NCBI GenBank assembly: GCA_963708295.1
Contig: CAVPSJ010000008.1
Span: forward strand, 192,001 to 256,000
Direction: 5' to 3'
DNA from: an uncultured delta proteobacterium
GTDB lineage: Bacteria; Desulfobacterota; BSN033; UBA1163
Length of the DNA: 64,000 bases
Below the pieces are notes generated by a model. The model was given only the letters and a program-made list of their open reading frames with translations, had not been told where the DNA came from and did not search any database. Every line of letters begins with the position of its first letter. Positions within the stretch are counted from its first letter, which is position 1. This document shows positions 9,423 to 19,898 of this stretch, in pieces. The position numbers were made by a program, and so were the translations under genes.

Positions 9423-11032
9423 ATGGAAGAGATAAAGAAAGTATTGATCAGCGATCCCTTGTCGAACAGGGGATTGGAAATCCTGGCGAAGGCGAAGAAC
9501 CTGAAGTACGATATCAAGCCCGGTCTTTCTCCGGAAGAATTGAAGAAGATCATTCCGGAGTACGACGCGATCATCATCCGAAGCGAGACGAAACTGAAGG
9601 GGGATCTCATCGAGGCCGGCGAACCGTTTGAAGGTGATCGGAAGGGCGGGGATCGGCCTGGACAATGTCGATCTTCCTGCGGCGACGAAGAAGGGGATCG
9701 TGGTGATGAATACCCCCCAGGAGAATGCCATTGCCGCGGCCGAGCATACGATTGCCATGATGTTTTCCATTTCGAGGAAGATTCCCCAGGCCACGGCTTC
9801 GATGAAGGCGGGCAAATGGGAAAAGAAAAAGTTCATGGGGGTGGAACTCTATAACAAGACCCTTGGAGTGATCGGGATCGGAGTCATCGGAACGATCGTG
9901 GCCGATCGGGCAAGGGGTCTGAAGATGAAGGTGATTGGCTATGACCCCTACCTTTCGAAGGAGGTGGCGGAGAAGAAAGGGGTCGACCTGGTGTCCCTCG
10001 ATGAGCTGCTTGACCGGTCCGATTTCATCACCGTCCACACTCCGCTGACGGATGAGACCCGGAATCTGATCGATAAGAAGTGCGTTCCGGAAGATGAAGA
10101 ACGGGGTCATCCTGATCAATTGTGCCCGGGGAGGAATCATCAACGAAAAGGATCTCTATGATGCCATTCAAGGAGGGAAAGGTGGCTGGAGCAGCCCTGG
10201 ATGTTTTTGAAAAGGAGCCCGCCGTCGGAAATCCTCTCTTCGAACTGGAGGAGGTGATCCGTACGCCCCATCTCGGAGCGTCCACAGGAGAGGCCCAGGA
10301 GAATGTCTCCGATTGCCATTGCCCAGCAGGTGGTCGATTTTCTTCCTGTCGGGAGAGGCTCGCAATGCCGTCAACATTCCCGTGGTCAGCCCGGATATCC
10401 TTCCCTTCTTGAGACCCTATCTCCGGCTGGGAGAAAAACTGGGAAGCTTTCTGGGCCAGATTTCCAACTATGCCATCGAAGAGGTGCTGATCGAGTACCA
10501 GGGCGAGGTCGTCGAGTACGGGACCAAACCGATTACGACTTCGGTCTTAAAAGGTCTCCTCACGCCCTTTGTGGGCGAGACGGTCAACTTCGTCAATGCC
10601 CCGGTCATGGCCAAGGAGAGGGGAATCAAGATCACGGAGTCCACCAGCGCGGCAGGCGGAGGATTTTGCGAGCCTGATTGCCATTACCGACCCGGTCGAA
10701 GATGGAGCAGAATTATATTGCAGGGACCCTCTTTGGAAGGAAAGAATTGCGGATCGTCAAGCTGAACGATTTCTTCATCGAAGCCATTCCGGAGGGACAT
10801 ATTCTGCTCATCCACTAATTATGACAAACCCGGAGTGATCGGGAATATCGGGAACGCCCTGGGAAGCCAAAACATCAATATCGCCACCATGCAGTTCGGC
10901 CGCGATCGAATGGGTGGCAATGCCATCTCACTGCTCCATCTGGATGCTCCCTTGCCTCCGGGAATGGTGGGCGAGATTTTGAGGTTGCCCAATATCATTT
11001 CGGTTCGTCAGATTCGCTTTAGAAGCTGTTGA
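9423..11032 (+). CDS. serA: D-3-phosphoglycerate dehydrogenase with ACT domain; multiple frameshifts
   Basis: Motifs [33 protein letters not shown] and PHLGAST, plus a C-terminal ACT domain, spread over several frames. Confidence 0.88.
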
Positions 11033-11122
11033 GACGTGCCCCTCCTTGGCCGATTCGCTTTCAGGGCCGGCAGGTTAGGGAGGGACTACTCGGGCGGAAG
11101 AAGTGACTTCAGGGTAAGGTGA

Positions 11123-12417
<1,295 letters not shown>

Positions 12418-12419
<2 letters not shown>

Positions 12420-12572
12420 GCTGCTGAAAAACGCTCATCTGCTTCGTTTCCATCATCCTTCGTCATTGCGGCGTACGTCAAAGTACGTCTCATGCCTCAG
12501 GATTTCGGGAGCCTTGCATCTGGGCATTTTTGAGCATCCTGCGAAAAATCATTTTTTCAGCAGACCTGCTTA
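12418..12572. mobile_element. MITE-like element, copy 2
   Basis: AGGCTGCTGAAAAA ... GGGCATTTTTGAGCATCCTG ... TTTTTCAGCAGACCT; overlaps the purA stop codon. Confidence 0.7.
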
Positions 12573-12620
12573 GATTTTGCTTGACAATTTAACAGGTTTT
12601 TCTTTAACCTTGAATAATAG

Positions 12621-12696
12621 GGGCCGTTAACTCAGGAGGTAGAGTATCTGCCTTTTAAGCAGAGAGTCGTGGGTTCGAGTCCCGCACGGCCCACCA
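12621..12696 (+). tRNA. tRNA-Lys(TTT)
   Basis: Acceptor GGGCCGT/ACGGCCC-ACCA; anticodon loop CTTTTAA; TTGACA at 12581 upstream. Confidence 0.96.
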
Positions 12697-12706
12697 ACTC
12701 AAAGAA

Positions 12707-12813
12707 CATGGAATGATGGAATAATGGAATAATGGAGTGTTGGTTTAATCAACTCGAATTTTAATCGGGTTTTTCGGACGCATTATTCCATTATTCCAAT
12801 ACTCCATTTCCCC
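12707..12813. repeat. Inverted 8-mer tandem repeat (GGAATAAT / ATTATTCC) between tRNAs
   Basis: GGAATGATGGAATAATGGAATAATGGAGT ... CATTATTCCATTATTCCAATACTCCATT. Confidence 0.75.
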
Positions 12814-12826
12814 ATTTTATTTTAGG

Positions 12827-12902
12827 GTCCCCATCGTCTAGAGGCCAAGGACACCGGCCTTTCACGTCGGCAACAGGGGTTCGAATCCCCTTGGGGACGC
12901 CA
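12827..12902 (+). tRNA. tRNA-Glu(TTC)
   Basis: Acceptor GTCCCCA/TGGGGAC-GCCA; anticodon loop CTTTCAC. Confidence 0.96.
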
Positions 12903-12912
12903 AATAAACGGA

Positions 12913-12943
12913 GAAGGCCCTGATTAGCTCGGGGCTTTTTTTT
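12913..12943 (+). terminator. Intrinsic terminator after tRNA pair
   Basis: AGGCCCTGA-ttagc-TCGGGGCTT followed by a T run. Confidence 0.7.
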
Positions 12944-13271
12944 CGGCCCGGGATGAGTGTTCGAGTACAATCGGGACTTCTGAAAGAGATTCATCCGCAG
13001 GATTCTGCTTGATCTTTTTGTCCATTTTTGTACCAAGTTGTTCCATTTCTTCCTATTTGCATCGTCTTTCCATATCGATCGTCTTTTTGTTCTGATCAGC
13101 CATTTGGGCAGCAAGAACCAAGCTCTCCAATCGAAGCTAAGATCCCCGAGCCGCCTATTGAAATCATTAGCATTTTCGGAAAGGGTTCACCATGTCCCTG
13201 TTTTGGATTTGGTTGCTCAACGCACACGAGTTGACCCAAGAAAGACGACTACTTAAGACATGATATCTATT

Positions 13272-13287
13272 TGGTATTTTTCTTGCA
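13272..13287 (+). promoter_or_regulatory. sigma54 -24/-12 promoter upstream of pal
   Basis: TGGTAT-TTTTC-TTGCA (GG-N10-GC). Confidence 0.6.
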
Positions 13288-13334
13288 GTTCTAAAGACAT
13301 TTTTCAGCCAAAATTTTACTAAAGGAGGACGACT

Positions 13335-13910
13335 ATGGTCAGGAAAGGGTTGAGCATCGTGATTGTCAGTCTCTGCCTCGGGATCATCCTATCCGGATGC
13401 TCGCAGAAAGCGGTAGTAAAAGAAGAAGCGTCGGCCAAGAGCGCTGAAGAGCTGCGGGCAGAAAAAGACGTGAAAGAGGCGGAAAGGATCAGAGAGGAGC
13501 AGTTGAAAAAAGATTTCGAAAAGAGTCTTGTCGCCAAACAGACTCCCGGAATTGAAGGTGTGATCCATGAAAGTAGCATGCTCAAGGATATACGCTTTGA
13601 TTTTGATAAATACAGCGTCCGGTCCACGGAGGCAGAGATTTTAAAGGAAAACTCTGCTTTGCTGAAGAAATATCCCGGGATGAAATTCCAAGTTGAAGGG
13701 CATTGTGATGAGAGAGGAACGGGCGAATATAACCTTGCCCTTGGAGAGAGGAGAGCCAACAGTGTAAAGAAATATCTGATCTCCCTTGGCATTGAACCCG
13801 GCCGTATCTCAACCATTAGTTACGGGGAAGAGAGGCCTTTTAGTCCAGAGCATAATGAAGAAGCCTGGGAAAAGAATCGAAGAGCCCACTTCGTCATATT
13901 AAAGAAGTAA
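13335..13910 (+). CDS. pal: Peptidoglycan-associated lipoprotein (OmpA_C-like)
   Basis: Lipobox LSGC; motifs FDFDKY, EGHCDERGTGEYNLALGERRA, SYGEERP and NRRA. Confidence 0.93.
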   Translation: MVRKGLSIVIVSLCLGIILSGCSQKAVVKEEASAKSAEELRAEKDVKEAERIREEQLKKDFEKSLVAKQTPGIEGVIHESSMLKDIRFDFDKYSVRSTEAEILKENSALLKKYPGMKFQVEGHCDERGTGEYNLALGERRANSVKKYLISLGIEPGRISTISYGEERPFSPEHNEEAWEKNRRAHFVILKK

Positions 13911-14121
13911 TCGGGTTTGCTCTTCACCCAGACATCTTAGTAATGAATTAGTAATGAAGCGATAGGGGGGAAGACTTCTCTGTCCTCGTCTCTTGGCAAT
14001 TACAAAGCCGGAAAGTCCAGGCCGATGCATCAGAAAGTTGACCGTCTTTAGTGCGGATTTCAGAACTCGGATTGCGCCTGCCCATGGCAGGCAGGCGCAA
14101 TAAAACCGGCAAGGAGGGGCC

Positions 14122-15096
14122 TTATTTGGCTAATCCAAGTCTCGCGGCCAGAGCACGTATCGTTTCGTAATCGTTTGCGATAATCTTCCTAAGTTCGGCC
14201 GGAGATTTGTAGTCAACGATATATCCTCTATTCTCAATCTTGGTTTTTAACGCCGGGTTATTAATCGATTTCTCGACGGCGGGGATGAGGACTTTCTTGA
14301 CCTCCTCGGGAATTCCCGCGGGGGCTGTCAGGGAAAACCAGGAAGAGAACATGTCTTCCTTGTAACCCAACTCCTTCATCGTCGGAACATTTGGAAGCAG
14401 GGAGAATTTCCTGGATAACACAAGGACCCTCAGTTTCCCGGCCTCCACATGGGGCATAAACTTGCCGATGGCATCCGCCGAGGCTTCCACATGGCCTCCC
14501 AGCAGGGCGGCGGTGACAGCCTCCCCCCCTTTGAAAGGAATGTGGTTCAGCTGAATTCCGGCCAGGGATTGGATCAACTCCACATTTAAGTGGGACATTC
14601 CTCCCACGCCGATGGTACTCACCCTGATTTTTCCTGGATTCTTCTTGGCGTAGTCGACCAGTTCCGCAAAGGTGTTCCAGGGAGAGCTAGCCTGGACGGC
14701 CAGGGCCAGCGGAAAATAGACGTGCAGTCCCAGGTGATCAAAATCTTTGAGGGAGTCGTAGTGGACGTTATCGGGGTTCATGACCCGGGCAGCGACCAGG
14801 GCGGCCGAGCCTGTATAGCCGATGGTGTAACCGTCCTTCTTGCTTTTTGCAATTGCATCCGTGCCCAGGGTATCGGCTGCTCCGGGCTTGTTTACCGCCA
14901 CAATCTGTGTCCCGAGGATTTTCCCCAGCTCCTCAATGAGTATCCTTGCGTTGACATCCCCGCCGCCCCCCGCAGGAATGGGGATAATGAACTGAATAGG
15001 ACGATTGGGATAGGGTTGTGCCTGGGCAGTCGAAGTCCCCATGCTCAATCCGCATACGACCATCAACAAACCGACGACCACAAGAATCCTTTTCAT
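14122..15096 (-). CDS. Tripartite tricarboxylate transporter substrate-binding protein (Bug/TctC)
   Basis: Signal peptide; motifs YPNRPI..IIP.PAGGGGD, NKPGA, DGYT and PFKGG; no tctAB nearby. Confidence 0.9.
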   Translation of the reverse strand: MKRILVVVGLLMVVCGLSMGTSTAQAQPYPNRPIQFIIPIPAGGGGDVNARILIEELGKILGTQIVAVNKPGAADTLGTDAIAKSKKDGYTIGYTGSAALVAARVMNPDNVHYDSLKDFDHLGLHVYFPLALAVQASSPWNTFAELVDYAKKNPGKIRVSTIGVGGMSHLNVELIQSLAGIQLNHIPFKGGEAVTAALLGGHVEASADAIGKFMPHVEAGKLRVLVLSRKFSLLPNVPTMKELGYKEDMFSSWFSLTAPAGIPEEVKKVLIPAVEKSINNPALKTKIENRGYIVDYKSPAELRKIIANDYETIRALAARLGLAK

Positions 15097-15511
15097 TTTT
15101 GCCTCCTTTGCAAAGGATATGATATTTCCCGGTGAAGTCCATCGAACGGAAACCCTTGATTGCAGTTTCTGTTTCCCGTTCCAACTCATTCCTCCGTTTG
15201 CGGCGGAGCCTTTGGTAACGATTTCTTCTTGCCGGTGAGATTATACCCAATAGAGATTTAAAGTCAACCCTTCAACTGGTCTGTAAAGCGGAGTACGCGA
15301 GCGCATGATAGGGAAGGAGGGAAGGAAGAGAAGATGATGGAGATGACTGTCACCCGGAAGCAATGATGAGGGAGCCGTCTCGTGTACGGCAGCTCTGTCA
15401 CCTCTAGGGAGGATGGCGGCCTCTATCCTTTTTTTCTTTCTTTACTCCAATATGTTTTTATGTTATTGAAACGTAATCAAAATTGTCTTTATGGTGAATT
15501 GACCCTAATTT

Positions 15512-16237
15512 ATGGGGATATCCTTCCGGACAAGATGGAAATGGCTCTTGCTTCTATTTATTTTGGCAGGGGCCGTTTTTCTTATCACCTATCTCTATCA
15601 TTCCCAGCTATGGACCCAGGTTAGTAAGCTTCATCATCTCTACCAGGACCCCCACCAACTGAAGAAAGTCATCTCCTCTTTCGGACCTTATGCTCCTTTA
15701 GCCTATATCCTGCTCCAAATTACACAGGTCGTCATTGCCCCCATCCCAGGGGGAGCGGTCGAATTCTTAGGGGGCTACCTGTTCGGGGTAAAAGCCGGGC
15801 TTGTCTATTCTATGATCGGTTTGACTTTGGGCTCCTCCCTTGCCTTCAGTCTGGCCAGAATTTTTGAAAAGATAGCTGTCGAAAAGTTTGTTTCAGCCGA
15901 AACAAGAAAGAAATTTGATTATTTAGTGGAGCACGAAGGAGTCATTCTCAGTTTTGTTCTTTTTTTGCTGCCCGGTTTTCCAAAGGACGCACTCTGTTAC
16001 ATCTTGGGCCTGACTCCCATGCATTTTGGAATTTTTCTCATCATTTCCACCCTCGGAAGGATACCGGGAACACTCATAGCCATTCTTCAGGGGGCGAAGG
16101 CTTTCGAGCATGAATATTACACTTTTGGGATGCTTTTGGGGGGGTCTGCTTTGATCATCCTGATCTTTTATATCTACCATGAGGAGATTCACAATTTCAT
16201 AAGAAAAATAAAGGAAGGGAAGAGAGAAGAGCTTTAG
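15512..16237 (+). CDS. TVP38/TMEM64 (DedA superfamily) membrane protein
   Basis: Motifs QVVIAPIPGG..GGYLFG, FLLPGFPKD and GRIPGT. Confidence 0.85.
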   Translation: MGISFRTRWKWLLLLFILAGAVFLITYLYHSQLWTQVSKLHHLYQDPHQLKKVISSFGPYAPLAYILLQITQVVIAPIPGGAVEFLGGYLFGVKAGLVYSMIGLTLGSSLAFSLARIFEKIAVEKFVSAETRKKFDYLVEHEGVILSFVLFLLPGFPKDALCYILGLTPMHFGIFLIISTLGRIPGTLIAILQGAKAFEHEYYTFGMLLGGSALIILIFYIYHEEIHNFIRKIKEGKREEL

Positions 16238-16244
16238 GGGGTAA

Positions 16245-16643
16245 ATGGGACCGATCAAGAAAGAAGATAAGCGGGGAAAATGGTCCTCTGATCTTGTCTT
16301 AGATCTGTATTCGGATCTTTTGGAAGAGATCTGGGAGTTGGTGTCGGCCTTGATCGGTGAAGCCACTCTGGCCTTCCTCGTCACCCTGGCTGTTCGAAAA
16401 GTAGGAGAGAAATATCCCTTCTTGAACTCTCTCTCGGTCTCCGAGGACGGGATCTCCCTGGATGAGATGAGAGAGGAATGCCGCATCGTTTCTCCGATAG
16501 ATATCCATCGGTGTTTTCAAAGTTTGATTAATCAACTCTCGCATCTGTTCTCCGTTCTGGCGGAAGGGGTGATCAATAAGGAATTGTTCCCGAAAGTTTT
16601 TCCAAAGGTGAAAGAGGCCGAACGGATCATTTCTCCAAAGTAG
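16245..16643 (+). CDS. Hypothetical protein
   Basis: 132-aa ORF with RBS, tightly spaced between the DedA and GGDEF genes. Confidence 0.65.
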   Translation: MGPIKKEDKRGKWSSDLVLDLYSDLLEEIWELVSALIGEATLAFLVTLAVRKVGEKYPFLNSLSVSEDGISLDEMREECRIVSPIDIHRCFQSLINQLSHLFSVLAEGVINKELFPKVFPKVKEAERIISPK

Positions 16644-16658
16644 GGGGGGTAAACGCGG

Positions 16659-17699
16659 ATGAGGTTGATTTTCAAGAATCTGAACGTCCTTCGGTCCACG
16701 ATCAATGCGATTAGCACGAGTGTTGAAATCAAAGAGATCGTCGAGTCCGCGGGAAACAACCTTCCCAACCTCTTTGACTTTTCCTCCTTCGGGGTGTTCT
16801 GGAAAGAGGACCTCCTCCTCTTCCTCTATGAAGAAGAATCTTGTCCTTCTGCCTTCACCCAGGAGGTGGTGAATAACATGCTCAAAGTTTTTTCAACCCT
16901 GGGAGGGGAGTCCGTCCATGCCGGCCAAATTGTCCTTCAAACGGAAAAAAGGAAACTGAGGCCCAGGCAGATGATCATGGATTCAAACGCCGCCTTGAAG
17001 TCCTATCTCACGTTGCCCCTTGCCATGGAAGGGGAGATCTTAGGATGCATTTCTCTTAACAGTGACCAGCCGAACGCCTTTGACGCTCAAGATTTACAAT
17101 TTTTCTCCGTCATCGGATACCAAATGGCAGCCACCTTGAGACATTTTCAGAGATTCAGCTCGGTCAAGAACATGGCTATTTATGACACCCTGACCGGTCT
17201 TCATAACCGGAGATATTTTGAGGAGAGGTTCGAGGTCGAAGCACAAAAATGTCTTAGCAGTAACACCCCTCTTTCTTTGGTGATGGTGGATATCGACTTT
17301 TTTAAGAAAGTGAATGACACTTTCGGGCATACCGAGGGGGATCAGGTCCTCTGCAGAATCGCTTCTCTCTTAAAGACGTCGGTTCGGAAGAAAGATATTG
17401 TCGCCCGTTATGGCGGGGAGGAGTTTATCCTGATATTGCCCGAGGCCAGGTTGGACGAGACTTTTGTGATGGCCGAACGCATTCGGCGGCTGGTTGAGGA
17501 AACCCTCTTCGAAGTGGGGAAGGCTCGGATCAATTTGACTCTGAGCCTGGGGATCTCCAATTTCCCTAGTCATCGGGTGAAGTCGAAAGAAGAGTTAATG
17601 GAGATGGCAGATCGGGCGCTCTATGATGCGAAAAGGGGGGGGCGTAACAGAGTTTGTATTTTTACAGGAAAGTTCGGCCGGAAAACCTCCCCCGCCTAG
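16659..17699 (+). CDS. GAF-GGDEF diguanylate cyclase
   Basis: Motifs DTLTGLHNRR, DIDFFKKVNDTFGH and ARYGGEEF; RKKD I-site. Confidence 0.92.
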   Translation: MRLIFKNLNVLRSTINAISTSVEIKEIVESAGNNLPNLFDFSSFGVFWKEDLLLFLYEEESCPSAFTQEVVNNMLKVFSTLGGESVHAGQIVLQTEKRKLRPRQMIMDSNAALKSYLTLPLAMEGEILGCISLNSDQPNAFDAQDLQFFSVIGYQMAATLRHFQRFSSVKNMAIYDTLTGLHNRRYFEERFEVEAQKCLSSNTPLSLVMVDIDFFKKVNDTFGHTEGDQVLCRIASLLKTSVRKKDIVARYGGEEFILILPEARLDETFVMAERIRRLVEETLFEVGKARINLTLSLGISNFPSHRVKSKEELMEMADRALYDAKRGGRNRVCIFTGKFGRKTSPA

Positions 17700-17769
17700 C
17701 AGCACTGTGATCCAAGCCCATTGCAGTGTAAAGACAGAGGTTCTGACTCAGAACAGGGTTTGTTGTCTG

Positions 17770-17862
17770 GCGGTCTTCTTCCGGCTCTGCTCAGGGGCTT
17801 GAATCCTTCGACAGACTCAGGGCTTTGAGTTTGTCGAAAGGCGGTCGAAGGCTCGCCGCCAA
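17770..17862. repeat. Nested REP-like palindrome
   Basis: CCTTCGACAGACTCAG-ggct-TTGAGTTTGTCGAAAGG inside a TGGCGG...CCGCCA frame. Confidence 0.5.
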
Positions 17863-17933
17863 AGGTTATTCCTCTGCGCTCTCGGAGACCCTGAGGTGGA
17901 TTTATCTTTTAGACAGGAATGACTTAAAAGGGC

Positions 17934-17969
17934 AAAAAAAAAGCACACCCGAAGGTGTGCTTTTTTTTT
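17934..17969. terminator. Bidirectional intrinsic terminator
   Basis: A9-GCACACC-CGAA-GGTGTGC-T9 (UUCG loop on the minus strand). Confidence 0.85.
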
Positions 17970-18354
17970 ACTTTGCTTTGGGCGAAGCCTTTGGGGCGGC
18001 CGCTTTGATGGATGCAGCGATCAGCTTGTCCCCGTCCTTCTTGTACTCGACGGCGACATTCATTCCCGCCTTCAGATCCTCAAATTTGAGAGCCTCCTTG
18101 CCCTTGGTAATCTTTGTATCAGCGGTGACCACAAAGCTTTTCTCCACCTTCCCCTTGGCAACGGCGATGCTTTTTGCCATTGCGTCCACGTTCTTAACTT
18201 CACCGTTGAACTTTTCTATTTTAGCGGGCGCGGTGGTAGCTGCGGCTGCCGGTGCAGGAGCAGGCGTTTCCGCTTTTGGAGGAGCTGCTGCAATAGCCCC
18301 GGACACAAAAGCTACCAAACTAATCACAACCACGAACAGAATCGTCTTTTTCAT
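17968..18354 (-). CDS. Small exported protein: Pro/Ala-rich linker plus beta-rich OB-fold-like domain
   Basis: Signal peptide; TPAPAPAAAA; GEVKNVD...TKITKG...DLKAGMNVAVEY; strong RBS GGAGGTG. Confidence 0.8.
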   Translation of the reverse strand: MKKTILFVVVISLVAFVSGAIAAAPPKAETPAPAPAAAATTAPAKIEKFNGEVKNVDAMAKSIAVAKGKVEKSFVVTADTKITKGKEALKFEDLKAGMNVAVEYKKDGDKLIAASIKAAAPKASPKAK

Positions 18355-18393
18355 TCAATTCACCTCCCTTCTTGTTGAGTTGGTAATGATAAG

Positions 18394-18409
18394 AGCAAAA
18401 GAAGTGCCA
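18394..18409 (-). promoter_or_regulatory. sigma54 promoter
   Basis: TGGCAC-TTCTT-TTGCT, a consensus match, about 40 nt upstream of the 18354 start. Confidence 0.85.
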
Positions 18410-18490
18410 AGGAGAGCTATCGGATGGAAATTTCTATCTTCTTGAAATAATTCGATAAAATATTTTTGAGGGGAATTTCGAGGGGAAAAA

Positions 18491-18539
18491 GTGTTACAAA
18501 ACTCAACACCATTCCGGAGGGTGTTGCAAGAATCTACAG
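18491..18539. promoter_or_regulatory. Tandem enhancer (UAS) pair for the adjacent NtrC-type activator
   Basis: GTGTTACAAAACTCAACAC and GTGTTGCAAGAATCTACAG, 30 bp apart, 80-130 bp upstream of the sigma54 site. Confidence 0.6.
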
Positions 18540-19898
18540 CCCTTCCTTCTCCAGCATCCTGTAAAGAGTCACACGATCAATCCCCAGAATTTCGGACGCC
18601 TTCTTTTTATTTCCTCCGGTCTCCTGAAGCACCTTTAGCACATATCTTTTTTCCAACTCTCTTAAGGAGAGTGGTTTTTCAGGGATGAGGACCTCCGGAC
18701 CTCCCGTCTCTTCAAATATTTTTCTCGGAAGGTCTTCCGGAAGGATCATCGGATGAATTGAGAAAATAACTGCTCTTTCGATGGTATGCTCCAGCTCGCG
18801 GACATTCCCCGGCCAGGAATATCGAATAAGGATTTCAAGAGCTTCCGGCGATAAGTGGGATATGTTCTTATGGTTTTCTTCAGAGTATTTCTGCAGAAAA
18901 TGGTTTGCCAGAAACGGAATATCTTCTTTCCTGTCTCTCAAGGGAGGAAGGGTGATCGCTACCACATTGAGTCGGTCAAAGAGATCCTCCCTGAATTTCC
19001 CGCTTTTGATGAGAGGCTCCAGGGGCTGATTGGTCGCCGCGATGATTCGGACATCCACTTTAATGCTTTCCGTCCCCCCCACCCTTTTGATCTCGTGTTC
19101 CTGCAGAAACCTCAAGAGCTTGGATTGCATGGAAAGGTTGAGATTACCCACCTCATCCAGGAAAAGCGTTCCACCCTCTGCCTCTTCAAAGAGCCCTCTT
19201 TTGGCAGAAGAGGCCCCCGTAAAAGCTCCCCGGACATGGCCGAACAACTCGCTTTCGATCAGCGTTTCAACCAGCGAAGCGCAATCGACGGGAATAAACG
19301 TTCGGTTGTTTCTTTGGCTGTTGTAATGAATTGAGCGAGCGATCAGTTCTTTCCCTGTGCCTCTCTCTCCGCAGAGTAGCACTGTGGATTTTGTATCCGC
19401 CACCTTGGCGATGATCTTGTAGACTTGAAACATCTGAGGAGTCCGTCCGATGACATTCTTAAATTGGTACTTGTCCAGAAGTTCCTGGCGATAATGTCTG
19501 TTTTCCTGGACGAGCCTTCTCTGCTCCAAAGCTCGACGGATGGTCAGTTTGATCTCATCCAGCTTGAAGGGTTTGCTGATGTAGTCGTAGGCGCCCTCAC
19601 GGATGGCCTCAATGGCGGTCTCGATGGATCCGAAGGCGGTGATCATAATCACCGTGGAGTCCGGAGCGTTCCTTTTGAAAAATCGAAGCACCTCCACCCC
19701 GTCTTTCTCCCCCATCCGCACATCGGTGATGATGACGTCGAAAAAGTGATCCGTTCCCTGAGCAATCGCTTCTTCGCCGCTCAGGGCGGTCGAGACTTCA
19801 TAGCCTTCTTTGGAAAGCACCTCTTTTAACAGGTCGATGGTGACGGAATCATCATCGACGACCAAGAGGTGCGCGCGTGCTCTGTCCATCGGTTTCAT
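18534..19898 (-). CDS. sigma54-dependent response regulator (NtrC/AtoC/ZraR family)
   Basis: REC domain (VVDDD, TDVRM, KPF); Walker A GERGTGKE; GAFTGA; WPGNVREL; Fis-type HTH. Confidence 0.93.
   Translation of the reverse strand: MKPMDRARAHLLVVDDDSVTIDLLKEVLSKEGYEVSTALSGEEAIAQGTDHFFDVIITDVRMGEKDGVEVLRFFKRNAPDSTVIMITAFGSIETAIEAIREGAYDYISKPFKLDEIKLTIRRALEQRRLVQENRHYRQELLDKYQFKNVIGRTPQMFQVYKIIAKVADTKSTVLLCGERGTGKELIARSIHYNSQRNNRTFIPVDCASLVETLIESELFGHVRGAFTGASSAKRGLFEEAEGGTLFLDEVGNLNLSMQSKLLRFLQEHEIKRVGGTESIKVDVRIIAATNQPLEPLIKSGKFREDLFDRLNVVAITLPPLRDRKEDIPFLANHFLQKYSEENHKNISHLSPEALEILIRYSWPGNVRELEHTIERAVIFSIHPMILPEDLPRKIFEETGGPEVLIPEKPLSLRELEKRYVLKVLQETGGNKKKASEILGIDRVTLYRMLEKEGL

Noticed and set aside
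12707-12813. CRISPR array from the short repeats here and in the hdr spacers
   Set aside because: Units are 6-9 bp in tandem with no unique spacers, and there are no cas genes in the window.
14122-15096. Orphan tctC as a novelty
   Set aside because: Stand-alone Bug/TctC genes are common.
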